A DNA stretch of 64,000 nucleotides. It comes from Candidatus Omnitrophota bacterium (lineage in GTDB: Bacteria > Omnitrophota > Gorgyraeia > Gygaellales > Profunditerraquicolaceae). A program made the position numbers and the translations under genes. The notes beneath the pieces were generated by a model that made no database searches, had not been told where the DNA came from, and worked only from the letters and a program-made list of their open reading frames with translations. Below, piece by piece: positions 16,826 through 27,573 of the stretch (its first letter is position 1; each line of letters starts with the position of its first letter). The stretch covers positions 70,449 through 134,448 of the forward strand of contig VGKG01000002.1 in assembly GCA_016867115.1 (NCBI GenBank). The letters run 5' to 3'.

Positions 16826-18121
16826 ATGAAAGGCATAAACTTAGGGCTCATCGGATTCGGTAATGTCGGCTCCGGCGTGGTAAGGATTCTGCGCGACAGA
16901 AGGGTTTTTCTTGCCGAGAAGTCCGGTCTGCAGATTAACATAAAGAAGATCTGCGACAAGGATTTCTCCGTTAAAAGAGGCGTCAACGTTGACAAGTCGC
17001 TCCTGGCGCGTTCTGCGCAGGAGGTCATCGATGACCCGCAGATAGACATCGTCGTGGAACTGATCGGCGGGGTTCATCCGGCAAAAGATTATATCAGCGC
17101 ATCGCTCAAAAAAGGCAAGGATATCGTTACGGCAAATAAAGCGCTGCTTGCCCAGGAGGGCAGGAGCCTTTTTGCCGAGGCTGCCCTGCGGGGAAAGAAT
17201 ATTTATTTCGAGGCTTCGGTAGGCGCAGGTATACCGATAATCAAGGCTTTGCGCGAAGGCCTGATCGCCAACCGCTTCAACAGCATCTTCGGCATTTTAA
17301 ACGGCACATCAAATTACATCCTTTCCTCGATGTCTTCGAACAACTGCGATTTCCAGTCCGCGCTGAAGGAGGCGCAGAAAAAGGGATTTGCGGAGAAGGA
17401 TCCGACGCTGGATATAGAGGGGATTGATTCGGCGCACAAGCTCATCCTTCTGACCTACCTCTGTTTCGGCAAGTTCGTAAAGATGGAGGATATCTTCATC
17501 GAGGGGATCTCCCAGATTTCCCTTTCGGATGTAATCTATGCAAAGGAGCTGGGGCTTGAGATAAAGTTGCTGGCGATCGCCAAAAAAGAAGGCAAGGAGC
17601 TTGAGGTAAGGGTGCATCCTACGCTCATCCCCGAGGATAATCTTTTAGCATCGGTGAACGGCGTCTTTAACGCGATCCACGTGACAAGCGACCTGGCGGG
17701 CGACCTGCTGTTTTACGGTCCCGGGGCCGGCCAGATGTCCGCTGCTTCGGCGGTAGTCTCGGATATCGTGGACCTGGCGCAGGATATCAAGGCCGGGCTT
17801 TTCAGGCCTGCCATGAGCATCATCGAAGACAAATCCGTCCAGAGGCTCAGCAGCATCGAAGAGTTCAGGAGCCGCTATTATATCCGTTTTATGGCCCTGG
17901 ATAAGCCGGGGGTGCTGGCGAAGATCTCCGGGATCCTGGCTAAATACGGTATCAGCATCGCTTCGGTCACTCAAAAAGAGAGGCATAAGGCGCATATCGT
18001 TCCGATAGTGATGATTGTTCATGAGTCTAACGAGAAGTATCTGCGCCATGCACTTATGCAGATCGACCGGCTGGATGTGATCAAGGAAAAACCGGTGGCT
18101 ATCAGGATCGAGGAGATATGA
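16826..18121 (+). CDS. hom: Homoserine dehydrogenase (with ACT domain)
   Basis: [41 protein letters not shown]. Confidence 0.96.
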   Translation: MKGINLGLIGFGNVGSGVVRILRDRRVFLAEKSGLQINIKKICDKDFSVKRGVNVDKSLLARSAQEVIDDPQIDIVVELIGGVHPAKDYISASLKKGKDIVTANKALLAQEGRSLFAEAALRGKNIYFEASVGAGIPIIKALREGLIANRFNSIFGILNGTSNYILSSMSSNNCDFQSALKEAQKKGFAEKDPTLDIEGIDSAHKLILLTYLCFGKFVKMEDIFIEGISQISLSDVIYAKELGLEIKLLAIAKKEGKELEVRVHPTLIPEDNLLASVNGVFNAIHVTSDLAGDLLFYGPGAGQMSAASAVVSDIVDLAQDIKAGLFRPAMSIIEDKSVQRLSSIEEFRSRYYIRFMALDKPGVLAKISGILAKYGISIASVTQKERHKAHIVPIVMIVHESNEKYLRHALMQIDRLDVIKEKPVAIRIEEI

Positions 18122-19221
18122 TGTATGAGGGGATAATCCATAAGTATAGAAAATACCTCCCGGTGACGGAGAAGACCCCGGTCATCAGCCTTAACGAAGG
18201 CAATACCCCCCTGATCCGCGCAGGTTATTTAAGCAGCCTGATGGGGAGAGGCTTCGAAGTCTACTTGAAATTCGAAGGCTCAAACCCCACGGGTTCCTTC
18301 AAAGACCGTGGCATGACTATGGCGATATCCAAGGCCCGCGAGGAAGGCTCGGCTGCGGTGATGTGCGCTTCGACAGGCAATACTTCCGCTTCTGCCGCAG
18401 CCTACGCCGCCTGCGCCGGGATCAAATGCATAGTGCTCATTCCAAGCGGAGCGATCGCACTCGGAAAACTGAGCCAGGCCCTGATCCACGGAGCGGTTGT
18501 CCTTGCGGTCGACGGAAACTTCGACGCTGCGCTTGAATTAGTCAGGGAGATCACCGCAAGGTATCCGATCACCCTGGTAAACTCGCTTAACCCTTACCGC
18601 ATCGAAGGCCAGAAGAGCGCGGCCTTTGAGATCTGCGATTCGCTCGGCGCATCCCCTGATTTTCAGGTGATGCCGGTGGGTAATGCGGGAAATATCACTG
18701 CTTATTGGAAAGGGTATAAAGAGTACCGGCAGGCAGGTATAATCAAGACCCTTCCCAGGATGCTCGGTTTTCAGGCAGCAGGTTCTGCCCCGATAGTGCT
18801 GGGCCGGCCGGTAAAAAATCCTAAGACCATTGCTACGGCTATCCGCATCGGAAATCCCGCCAGCTGGAAGCAGGCGGAGGCAGCACGCGAGGAATCCGGC
18901 GGCCTGATCGATATGGTTTCGGATAGGGAGATCCTGGATGCATACAAGCTGCTGGCAGCTAAAGAGGGAGTCTTTGCCGAGCCTGCTTCTGCTGCTTCGG
19001 TTGCCGGGCTGCTGAAACTTAAGAAGAGCAGGTATTTTTCCCGCCAAGCCGGATCAAATGTGGGCGGGATCCCGTCAAAGACGGGAAAAAAGCCCGCCAG
19101 AATAGTCTGTATTCTGACTGGCCATGGCCTGAAGGATCCGGATAGAGCGATTAAAAGCGTAAGAGAGCCCAAGATCGTAAAGCCGGATCTCAAGGTAATA
19201 TTGAAGGAGATCGGTTATTAA
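18121..19221 (+). CDS. thrC: Threonine synthase (with 16-aa palindrome-derived insertion)
   Basis: [36 protein letters not shown]. Confidence 0.96.
   Translation: MYEGIIHKYRKYLPVTEKTPVISLNEGNTPLIRAGYLSSLMGRGFEVYLKFEGSNPTGSFKDRGMTMAISKAREEGSAAVMCASTGNTSASAAAYAACAGIKCIVLIPSGAIALGKLSQALIHGAVVLAVDGNFDAALELVREITARYPITLVNSLNPYRIEGQKSAAFEICDSLGASPDFQVMPVGNAGNITAYWKGYKEYRQAGIIKTLPRMLGFQAAGSAPIVLGRPVKNPKTIATAIRIGNPASWKQAEAAREESGGLIDMVSDREILDAYKLLAAKEGVFAEPASAASVAGLLKLKKSRYFSRQAGSNVGGIPSKTGKKPARIVCILTGHGLKDPDRAIKSVREPKIVKPDLKVILKEIGY
19039..19086 (+). repeat. 48-bp TCCCGCC..CGGGA palindromic element inserted in-frame in thrC
   Basis: Shares tcccgccaagc and gggcgggatcccg with 15997-16057; exactly 16 codons. 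Confidence 0.75.
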
Positions 19222-19897
19222 AGCCACAAAGTCAGAAAGTCACAAGGTCACAAGTCTGAAAAATAAGCGAATTCTGATAACCGCAGGCCCCACCTGGGTC
19301 CCCGTAGACCACGTCCGGGTCATCAGTAATATTGCCACAGGCCAGACAGGCATCTTGTTAGCGGAAAAACTCATCCGCCTCGGCGCGAAAGTCACTCTGC
19401 TGCTTGGTCCGGTAAGCGCCTGTTGCATAAGCAAGAAGATCAGGTTGATAAGGTTCAGGTTCTTTGACGAACTTAAGAAAAGGCTGATCTGCGAAGTAAA
19501 GACCGGTAAATACGATTGCCTGATCCTCTCCGCTGCAGTCAGCGATTATCGCCTAAAAAGGCCGCTTGTTTCGAAAGTATGTTCCGATAAAAAAAATTGG
19601 CGCCTGGACCTGGTCCCGAACGAAAAGATCATCGACGGGGTGAAAAGGGCAGACCGCTCTTTGGTGCTGGCAGGTTTTAAATATGAGCCCGGCGTGGATA
19701 GAACCAGGCTGCTAAAAGAGGCAAAAAAACTTATTAAACGCACGGAAGCGGACATGATAGTCGCAAATACGGCCCGCGGCAGGCGTTACTGCGCATACCT
19801 GGTATCAAAAGATAAGGTCAGCGGGCCATGGACAGGAAAAGACATAATGGCGGAATCGCTGATCAGGCAGATCGGAGCTGCGCTTTGTCGGGATTGA
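19217..19897 (+). CDS. coaB: Phosphopantothenate-cysteine ligase (CoaB-only); start uncertain
   Basis: In-frame [29 protein letters not shown] upstream of the track start; AAVSDY, GFKYE, IVAN. Confidence 0.8.
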   Translation: MKATKSESHKVTSLKNKRILITAGPTWVPVDHVRVISNIATGQTGILLAEKLIRLGAKVTLLLGPVSACCISKKIRLIRFRFFDELKKRLICEVKTGKYDCLILSAAVSDYRLKRPLVSKVCSDKKNWRLDLVPNEKIIDGVKRADRSLVLAGFKYEPGVDRTRLLKEAKKLIKRTEADMIVANTARGRRYCAYLVSKDKVSGPWTGKDIMAESLIRQIGAALCRD

Positions 19898-20217
19898 CCC
19901 TACCGGAAAAGTTAGAAACAGAGGTAAAGGCGGCAGGCGCCATGGATTCTGCGCTGGCAAGGCTTCTTCTTGTGGTCGAGAATTATCCTAACCTGAAGGC
20001 AAGCGATACATTCCTTAAGCTCATGGATGAGCTCTCCGGCACAGAGAATCGTATTGCCGTTGAAAGGATGCGCTACAACGAGGCAGTCAGGGATTACAAT
20101 GTTACCGTGCGCACCTTCCCGGGTAACGTCATTGCCGGTATGTTCGGCTTTAAACCGGCAACCGAATACTTCAAGGCAGCGGAAGCAGCTAAGACTGTCC
20201 CTCAGGTCAAGTTTTAA
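19885..20217 (+). pseudogene. lemA: LemA family, C-terminal fragment
   Basis: VENYPNLKA, ENRIAVERMRYNEAVRDYN, FPGN; N-terminal TM and RR.DL.PNL segment missing. Confidence 0.7.
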
Positions 20218-20255
20218 TTACTAGTTACGAGTTACCAGTCTACTAGTTACTAAAA

Positions 20256-21461
20256 ATGAAATATATTGTTTTGGTCGGCGACGGAATGGCGGATTATCCG
20301 CTGAAAGAGCTTGGAGAGCGCACTCCGCTTGAGGCGGCAAAGACCCCGAATATGGATCATATTGCCCGTCACGGGAAATTAGGCAGGGTAAAGACTATCC
20401 CTGCGAATATGAAACCCGCTTCGGATGTGGCTAATATTTCCATCATGGGGTACGACCCGCAGAAGTTTTATACCGGCAGAGGGCCGCTTGAGGCGGCGAA
20501 CCTGGGCATAGAACTTGAGCCTGATGACGTAGCTTTTCGCTGTAATCTGGTCACCGCGGTGAATGACACCCTTGTCGATTACAGCGCCGGCCACATCAGC
20601 TCTCAAGAGGCGGCCGATATAATAAAGTGCGTCGATCAGAAGCTGGGGACGAACCGCTTCCGTTTTTACCCGGGAGTGAGCTACCGGCATCTGATGCTGG
20701 CAAAGCGCGGGGCAGAAGAGCACCTCGAGAACGCCAGGTGCGTTCCCCCCCACGATATCGCGGGGCAGAGCATCTCGAAGAACCTGCCCAGGGGAGATGG
20801 CGCAGAGACCCTGACTAAACTGATGCAGGAGAGCCGGAAGATCCTGGAGAGACATGAGGTGAACCAGGTGAGGCTCGACCTTAAAGAAAATCCGGCAAAT
20901 ATGATCTGGCTCTGGGGCCAGGGGAAGAAGCCGGCAATGCCCGCTTTTAAGGAAAAGTTCGGCCTTACCGGAAGCGTAATTTCGGCAGTAGACCTGATCA
21001 AAGGCCTGGGCAGGATACTGGGCCTGGAAGTAATCAACGTCCCCGGTGCGACCGGTTATTATGATACGGATTATCAGGGTAAGGCAAATGCCGCCTTGCG
21101 GTCGCTGCAGGAGCGTGATTTTGTCTTCCTGCATGTGGAGGCCCCGGATGAAGCAGGGCACAACGGCGACCTGCAGCAGAAGATCATCGCTATCGAAAGA
21201 TTCGATCAACTGGTGGTAGGTACGATCCTGAACGCATTTAAAAATAAGAAGAACTTCCGCATCCTCGTGCTGCCGGATCATCCCACTCCGGTTGCGGTAA
21301 AGACGCATACGTCTGAGCCCGTGCCTTTTGCCGTCTTTGGCAGAGACATCGCCGCGGAGGGATTCCTCAATTACAGCGAAAAGGAGGCCCAGAGATCCGG
21401 ATTATTCTTTGAGAAAGGCCACGAACTGATGGGTTATTTCCTTAAGTCAGAGCAGATCTAG
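20256..21461 (+). CDS. apgM: Cofactor-independent phosphoglycerate mutase family (proposed homoserine kinase type)
   Basis: GDGMAD, TPLEAA, SDVAN, GRGPLEA, HVEAPDEAGH, PDHPTP. Confidence 0.88.
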   Translation: MKYIVLVGDGMADYPLKELGERTPLEAAKTPNMDHIARHGKLGRVKTIPANMKPASDVANISIMGYDPQKFYTGRGPLEAANLGIELEPDDVAFRCNLVTAVNDTLVDYSAGHISSQEAADIIKCVDQKLGTNRFRFYPGVSYRHLMLAKRGAEEHLENARCVPPHDIAGQSISKNLPRGDGAETLTKLMQESRKILERHEVNQVRLDLKENPANMIWLWGQGKKPAMPAFKEKFGLTGSVISAVDLIKGLGRILGLEVINVPGATGYYDTDYQGKANAALRSLQERDFVFLHVEAPDEAGHNGDLQQKIIAIERFDQLVVGTILNAFKNKKNFRILVLPDHPTPVAVKTHTSEPVPFAVFGRDIAAEGFLNYSEKEAQRSGLFFEKGHELMGYFLKSEQI

Positions 21462-23051
21462 ATGAGTTCTCTAATCATCGTATTTATTTCGCTCGCTTTA
21501 TTCCTCTGGGCTTATAAAGTCCTGGGCCGCCGGATCGAATCCCTGTGGCATGTAGACCCCAAAAGAGCTACTCCCGCATATACTAAGTTTGACAGCGTGG
21601 ATTTCATTCCGGCCAGGAACTGGCTTGTCCTGTTCGGGCATCATTTTTCTTCCATTGCCGGCGCAGGCCCCATTATCGGGCCGGTGATCGCGGTGATGCT
21701 CTGGGGGTGGCTTCCGGCAGCCATTTGGGCTGTATTAGGCACGATCTTTATCGGCGGCATACATGATTTCGGCTCTTTGATCACTTCGGTGAGGGAAAGG
21801 GGTTCTTCCATAGCCGACACTGCCCAGCATGTGATCAGCCGCAGGGCAAAGATCCTTTTGTCGCTTTTTGTGTGGCTGGCCCTGATCCTGGTGATCGCGG
21901 TCTTTGCGTATCTGTGCGCGGATACGTTCGTAAAAGAACCCAAGATAGTGATGCCGTCGCTGGGATTGATCCCGGTAGCGGCGGTCGTAGGATATCTTTT
22001 GTATCATGCGCGCATGAACTCGTTCCTGGCTACGGCCTTCGGGCTTGTCTGCCTGGCCGGCCTGCTCCTGCTGGCGGACAATTTTGCGGTCAAGGCAAGT
22101 ATCAATGCCTGGATCGTAATCCTATTCGTTTATTGTTACTTCGCTTCTATCCTGCCGGTGAATATACTTTTGCAGCCGCGGGATTATCTTTGCAGTTTCC
22201 TGCTCTTTTTCGGGATGGGCGCAGGCTATATCGGGCTCACCCTAAGCAACCCGAAGATCAGCATGCCGCCGTTTTTAAGTTATAATGCAAAGGACGGGCC
22301 GCTCTGGCCGATGCTCTTTGTGACTGTTGCCTGCGGCGCGGTTTCCGGGTTTCATGCCCTGATCGCAAGCGGCACGACCTCTAAGCAGTTGGCAAATGAG
22401 CGGTACGCCAAACGTATCGGTTTCGGCGGCATGATCGCGGAGAGCATGGTCGCGGTACTGGCAGTGATCTCGGTAGCCATCCTTTTTAGCGCAAAGACCG
22501 GCTTTTCGGCGGCGCTGAAATCAACCAGCCCTATCGGCATATTCAGTCAGGGGTTCGGGGAGATTACCCGCAAGATCTTCGGCAATTACGGCCCTTTTAT
22601 CGCCGTGACGATCCTGAACGCTTTTATACTGACTACGCTGGATACGGCGACCCGTATTTCGCGCTACCTGTCCGAAGAATTGTTCGGCCTGAAGAACCGC
22701 TATTTTTCTACGCTGATCAGCGTGACCTTAAGCGCCTTATTGGCGTTTTCCGGAAAATGGCAGAAGATCTGGCCGGCTTTCGGTGCTTCCAATCAGCTGG
22801 TGGCAGCGCTGGCTTTGCTGGTGATCAGTTGCTGGCTGATCAGCAAGGGAAAGTCCGCAAAGCTTACGCTCTGGCCCGCCCTGTTTATGCTGGCTACCAG
22901 CATCGGCGCCCTGCTCTTCCAATTGGCGAAATACCTGCGTAGCAGGGATTATGTATTGATGGCCGTAGTGGTGATCCTTACGGCTTTATCCGCCTATATG
23001 GTTTATGAGGTATTGCCCATAATCACAACCAGGAGAAAGAATCATGAGTAG
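21462..23051 (+). CDS. cstA: Carbon starvation protein A-like transporter
   Basis: GHHFSSIAGAGPIIGP, ACGAVSGFH, SGTTSKQ, FGASNQL. Confidence 0.92.
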   Translation: MSSLIIVFISLALFLWAYKVLGRRIESLWHVDPKRATPAYTKFDSVDFIPARNWLVLFGHHFSSIAGAGPIIGPVIAVMLWGWLPAAIWAVLGTIFIGGIHDFGSLITSVRERGSSIADTAQHVISRRAKILLSLFVWLALILVIAVFAYLCADTFVKEPKIVMPSLGLIPVAAVVGYLLYHARMNSFLATAFGLVCLAGLLLLADNFAVKASINAWIVILFVYCYFASILPVNILLQPRDYLCSFLLFFGMGAGYIGLTLSNPKISMPPFLSYNAKDGPLWPMLFVTVACGAVSGFHALIASGTTSKQLANERYAKRIGFGGMIAESMVAVLAVISVAILFSAKTGFSAALKSTSPIGIFSQGFGEITRKIFGNYGPFIAVTILNAFILTTLDTATRISRYLSEELFGLKNRYFSTLISVTLSALLAFSGKWQKIWPAFGASNQLVAALALLVISCWLISKGKSAKLTLWPALFMLATSIGALLFQLAKYLRSRDYVLMAVVVILTALSAYMVYEVLPIITTRRKNHE

Positions 23052-24264
23052 AAAGCTGATCATCCAGAAATACGGCGGCTCTTCTGTGGCAAATGTCGAG
23101 CGCATACAGAACGTCGCCAAAAGAGTAGCCGGCTATAAGAAGAATAGCCATAATCTGGTAGTGGTAGTCTCGGCACTCGGAGATACTACCGATGAATTAA
23201 TTGAGCTTGCGAGTAAGATCAATACCGAGCCTTCGGAGCGCGAGATGGACATGCTCTTATCAACAGGCGAGCAGATCTCAGTCGCCCTTCTGGCCATGGC
23301 CCTGCATAAACTCGGGATCGAAGCGATCTCCTTCACCGGAGCACAGGTGGGCATCGTTACCGATTCAAGCCACACCCGCGCGCGCATCATCAAGATCAAC
23401 GCCGACCGCATCCGCGATGAGTTAAAAAAGGGCAGGGTCGTCATTGTGGCGGGTTTTCAGGGCGTGACTTTGACGCAGGATATCACGACTTTGGGAAGAG
23501 GCGGGTCTGACCTTACTGCGGTCGCCCTGGCCAAAGAGCTGAAGGCGGATGAATGCGAGATCTATACTGACGTCGAAGGCATTTATACCACCGACCCGCG
23601 CATCGAACCAAAGGCAAAAAAGATCGACGCCATAACTTACGATGAAATGCTTGAGATGGCATCCTTAGGCGCGCAGGTGATGCAGGCGCGTTCGATCGAG
23701 GTGGCAAAAAAGTTCGATGTACCGATACATGTGCGTTCATCTTTTTCCCCTAATTGCGGGACAATGATCATTAAGGAGGTTAAGAGAATGGAAGACGTAG
23801 TTGTCAGCGGCGTAACCTTAAATAAGAACGAAGCAAAGATCACTATCTGTAATGTCCCTGACCGTCCGGGGATCGCGGCTAAGTTATTCAAGGGGCTCTC
23901 TTCAAGCGGCATTAATGTGGATATGATCGTGCAGAATGTCAGCCACCTGCGCTCAACCGACATCTCATTTACCGTCAGCAAGGCAGAGTTCCCCAAGGCC
24001 CTGCGTATTACCAGGAAGGCGGCAAAAGCAATCGGTGCAGGCGATGTCTTAGATGACCAGGATATTGCCCGGGTTTCCGTGGTTGGGGTCGGAATGAAGA
24101 CTCATTCCGGAGTTGCGGCAAAGATGTTCGATGCGCTGGCTAAGGATAAGATCAATATCGAGATGATCTCTACCTCCGATATCAGTATTTCCTGTATTAT
24201 CCAGAAAAAGTTCGCCGAGGCCGCAGTCAAGACATTGCACAGCAAGTTTGGCCTGGCTAAATAA
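23044..24264 (+). CDS. lysC: Aspartate kinase
   Basis: QKYGGSSV, TLGRGGSD, YTDVEG, two ACT domains. Confidence 0.96.
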   Translation: MSRKLIIQKYGGSSVANVERIQNVAKRVAGYKKNSHNLVVVVSALGDTTDELIELASKINTEPSEREMDMLLSTGEQISVALLAMALHKLGIEAISFTGAQVGIVTDSSHTRARIIKINADRIRDELKKGRVVIVAGFQGVTLTQDITTLGRGGSDLTAVALAKELKADECEIYTDVEGIYTTDPRIEPKAKKIDAITYDEMLEMASLGAQVMQARSIEVAKKFDVPIHVRSSFSPNCGTMIIKEVKRMEDVVVSGVTLNKNEAKITICNVPDRPGIAAKLFKGLSSSGINVDMIVQNVSHLRSTDISFTVSKAEFPKALRITRKAAKAIGAGDVLDDQDIARVSVVGVGMKTHSGVAAKMFDALAKDKINIEMISTSDISISCIIQKKFAEAAVKTLHSKFGLAK

Positions 24265-24274
24265 TGAGGAAAAA

Positions 24275-25846
24275 ATGGCAAAGCAGGTGAAATTATACGA
24301 TACGACTTTACGGGACGGGGCGCAGGGTGAAGGGATCTCTTATTCGGTAATGGATAAGGTGCAGATCGCGCTTGAGCTGGACCGCCTCGGGATCCATTAT
24401 ATCGAGGGCGGATGGCCGGGCTCTAACCCTAAAGATATGGAGTTTTACCTTAAAATGAGCAAGAAGCGGCTGAAAGGCTCTAAGCTCGTCGCTTTTGGTT
24501 CAACCCGGCGCGCCGGCATAAAGGCGCAGGAAGACAAGAACCTGCGGGCCCTGGTGAAGTCACAGGCCAGGGTGGCAACTGTCTTTGGTAAGACCTGGGA
24601 TTTGCATATCCGTGATGTCCTGAAGACCACTCTGGAAGAAAACCTGGCCATGATCCGGGATTCGGTAGCTTTTCTGGTTTCTAAAGGTGCGGAGGTCTTT
24701 TACGATGCCGAGCATTTTTTCGATGCCTACTACGCAAATAAAGATTATAGCCTGAAATGCCTGCTTGCTGCCCAAGAGGCAGGAGCAAGGGCGGTAGTTT
24801 TATGCGATACCAACGGAGGCACCCTTACCTCGGAAGTAAAGCGCATTGTTGCTGAGATCAGGCCTAAGATAAATGTGTGGCTGGGCATCCATTGCCATAA
24901 TGACGCAGACCTGGCAGTGGCTAATTCGCTTGCCGCAGTCGAGGCAGGCGCGGATATGGTCCAGGGCACGATCAACGGCTATGGCGAGCGCTGCGGTAAT
25001 GCCGACCTTATTCCTATCATTGCAAACCTGCAGATAAAGATGGGCTTTAATTGCCTTGAGCAACAGAAATTAAAGGAACTTACCCGGGTGTCGCACTTTG
25101 TCAGCGAAGTAAGCAATATGAAACAGAGAAGTGACCAGCCCTACGTAGGCGCATCAGCCTTTGCACATAAAGGCGGGGTGCACATCAATGCGGTGATGAA
25201 GAATCCCAAGACCTACGAGCACATTACGCCGGACCTCGTCGGCAACAGGAGGAGGATCCTGGTCTCGGAATTAGCCGGAAAGACCGGGGTCATGATCCGG
25301 GCAAAAGAGCTGGAATTGGACCTGAGCAAAGAGGATCCCAAGACCAAGCGCATCCTTAAGCTGATTCAGGACCTTGAGCATCAGGGATATCACTTTGAAG
25401 CCGCAGAGGCCTCTTTTGAGCTCCTGATGAAAAAGGCTCTTAAGAAATACAAAAAGTTCTTTGATCTTGAGGGGTTCCGCGTTGTTGTGGAAAAGGCCTC
25501 GGATAAGAAGATTACCTCCGAAGCGATCATCAAGCTTAAAGTCAAGGGTAGCAAGGAGCATACCGCTGCTGAAGGCGACGGCCCGGTAAATGCCCTGGAC
25601 AACGCCCTGCGCAAGGCCCTGAAAGATTTTTATCCCACCCTATCCCGGATGCACCTTTCTGACTTTAAGGTGCGCGTATTAGATGAAAAGGCCGGCACTG
25701 CGGCGAAGGTGCGCGTCCTCATTCAGTCGCAGGATGAAAAAGACACCTGGAGCACCATCGGTGTTTCTGAGAATATTATCGAAGCCAGCTGGCAGGCCCT
25801 GGTGGATAGTGTCGAGTATAAGCTCTTAAAAGATGCAAAAGCGTAA
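24275..25846 (+). CDS. cimA: Citramalate synthase
   Basis: DTTLRDGAQ, EGGWPGSNPKD, YDAEHFFD, HCHND, GYGERCGN, GDGPVNALD. Confidence 0.92.
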   Translation: MAKQVKLYDTTLRDGAQGEGISYSVMDKVQIALELDRLGIHYIEGGWPGSNPKDMEFYLKMSKKRLKGSKLVAFGSTRRAGIKAQEDKNLRALVKSQARVATVFGKTWDLHIRDVLKTTLEENLAMIRDSVAFLVSKGAEVFYDAEHFFDAYYANKDYSLKCLLAAQEAGARAVVLCDTNGGTLTSEVKRIVAEIRPKINVWLGIHCHNDADLAVANSLAAVEAGADMVQGTINGYGERCGNADLIPIIANLQIKMGFNCLEQQKLKELTRVSHFVSEVSNMKQRSDQPYVGASAFAHKGGVHINAVMKNPKTYEHITPDLVGNRRRILVSELAGKTGVMIRAKELELDLSKEDPKTKRILKLIQDLEHQGYHFEAAEASFELLMKKALKKYKKFFDLEGFRVVVEKASDKKITSEAIIKLKVKGSKEHTAAEGDGPVNALDNALRKALKDFYPTLSRMHLSDFKVRVLDEKAGTAAKVRVLIQSQDEKDTWSTIGVSENIIEASWQALVDSVEYKLLKDAKA

Positions 25847-26009
25847 GCACCGAAAGGCCTCCGGAAAGAATGGGAAGTCGTATCTTGAGGTATACATTCT
25901 GCCGGATGCAGGCCTCATAGTTACGCCTTTGACCAGCCGTACTGTGCACGTTTTTAAGAGGTTTTCCGGAAGACAGAAGAAGGCTCTTCCCGGATTTTTT
26001 TGCGGTTGA
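25833..26009 (+). CDS. 58-aa small protein ending in FFCG (not in ORF track)
   Basis: Open frame MQKRKH...LEVYILPDAGLIVTP...GFFCG; fills the gap ahead of the AAA ATPase. Confidence 0.55.
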   Translation: MQKRKHRKASGKNGKSYLEVYILPDAGLIVTPLTSRTVHVFKRFSGRQKKALPGFFCG

Positions 26010-26025
26010 TTAAAAAGGAGCCTGT

Positions 26026-27573
26026 ATGCCTGAGAACAGATGCGACACCGAGATCGATGTCCTGATCCGCGCCCGCTACCCCCTTATTTACGTAGTCAGC
26101 TGGGAAGAGCCGCGTATTTTAGAGAGGCTTAAAAGCTTAGCTGACCGGCGCCAGAAAAAACTTTTTCTCTGGTCGATCACCCGCGGGATCCATAAGATCG
26201 ACGACGAGCCATCAAAGGCGGATGAGGGGACGCGCGATCCGCTTAACGCCTTAAGTTATGTGGAGAGGTGCCCGGACCCGGCTATTTTTGTCTTCCTGGA
26301 CTTCCACTCCTACCTTAATGACCAGACCATCATCCGCAAGCTCAGGGACCTGGTCAGCAATCTTAAGAATACTTATGAGACCCTGATGATACTGTCGCCG
26401 GTCCTGACTGTGCCGGTGGAGCTGGAAAAAGAGTTTGTCGTCGTGGATTACGACCTTCCGACATACGAGGAGATCAAAGACCTCCTTTCCGGGATCATCG
26501 AAGTCGTCTCGAAAAATCAGGAAGTAAAAATTGAGCTGAATGACGAGACTAAAGAGAAACTGGTCAAGGCAGCCTTAGGCTTGACGCACCAGGAAGCGGA
26601 GAATGCTTTTGCCCGCGTGATAGTCCTGGATAAGCGGTTGGACATAAATGACATAGATAAGATCCTGGAAGAGAAAAAACAGGCGATCCGCAAAAGCCGG
26701 CTCCTGGAATATTACGAATCAAAGGAAGAGTTCGCTAGCGTCGGAGGACTGGATTGCCTTAAAGACTGGCTTAAAAAACGAGGGGCTGCTTTTACCCAGA
26801 AGGCCCATGAGTTCGGCCTGCCCCAGCCAAAGGGGATACTGCTTTTAGGGGTGCAGGGTTGCGGAAAGAGCCTTACGGCAAAGGCAGTGGCGAGCCTCTG
26901 GAAACTGCCGCTTTTACGCTTGGATATCGGCGCGGTTTTTAGCGGGATTGTCGGTTCCTCCGAAGAGAATATGCGCCGGGCAATCCGCGCTGCGGAGACG
27001 CTTTCCCCGATCATCCTCTGGATAGATGAGATAGAAAAGGGCCTCTCCGGAGTGCAGAGCTCTACTTTTTCCGATGCCGGGACTTCTGCCAGGGTCTTTA
27101 GCACCTTCCTTACCTGGCTGCAGGAAAAGACCTCACCTGTCTTTGTCATCGCCACCGCCAATAATATCCAGCTCCTGCCTCCGGAATTGCTGCGCAAGGG
27201 CAGGTTTGATGAGATATTCTTTGTTGACCTTCCCGCTGCCGATGAGAGAAAAGAGATCTTCGGCATACACATAAAAAAACGCAAGCGCGATCCCGCCAAG
27301 TTTGACCTGGCATCTCTCTCCGGAGAAAGCGACGGCTATAGCGGTGCCGAGATCGAGCAGGCCGTCATCTCCTCGCTTTATGACGCATTCCTTGAAGAGC
27401 GCGATATAAATAACCGGGACGTATTAAACAGTTTAAAACAGAGCGTCCCGTTATCAGTGACCATGCGCGAGAGCATCGAAGAGACGCGTAATTGGGCAAG
27501 GCAGAGGGCAAGGCCGGCAAGCAGCGCGCAGAGAGAGGGCGCCTGCAAGAGAGAGAGAAAAATCGAGCTGTGA
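26026..27573 (+). CDS. Ycf46-like AAA+ ATPase
   Basis: ARYPLIYVVSWEE, GVQGCGKS, WIDEIEKG, ATAN, LPPELLRKGRFDEIFFVDLP. Confidence 0.9.
   Translation: MPENRCDTEIDVLIRARYPLIYVVSWEEPRILERLKSLADRRQKKLFLWSITRGIHKIDDEPSKADEGTRDPLNALSYVERCPDPAIFVFLDFHSYLNDQTIIRKLRDLVSNLKNTYETLMILSPVLTVPVELEKEFVVVDYDLPTYEEIKDLLSGIIEVVSKNQEVKIELNDETKEKLVKAALGLTHQEAENAFARVIVLDKRLDINDIDKILEEKKQAIRKSRLLEYYESKEEFASVGGLDCLKDWLKKRGAAFTQKAHEFGLPQPKGILLLGVQGCGKSLTAKAVASLWKLPLLRLDIGAVFSGIVGSSEENMRRAIRAAETLSPIILWIDEIEKGLSGVQSSTFSDAGTSARVFSTFLTWLQEKTSPVFVIATANNIQLLPPELLRKGRFDEIFFVDLPAADERKEIFGIHIKKRKRDPAKFDLASLSGESDGYSGAEIEQAVISSLYDAFLEERDINNRDVLNSLKQSVPLSVTMRESIEETRNWARQRARPASSAQREGACKRERKIEL

Noticed and set aside
20379-21308. 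309-aa minus-strand ORF
   Set aside because: Antisense shadow of apgM with no motifs; the same applies to most minus-strand ORFs in the track
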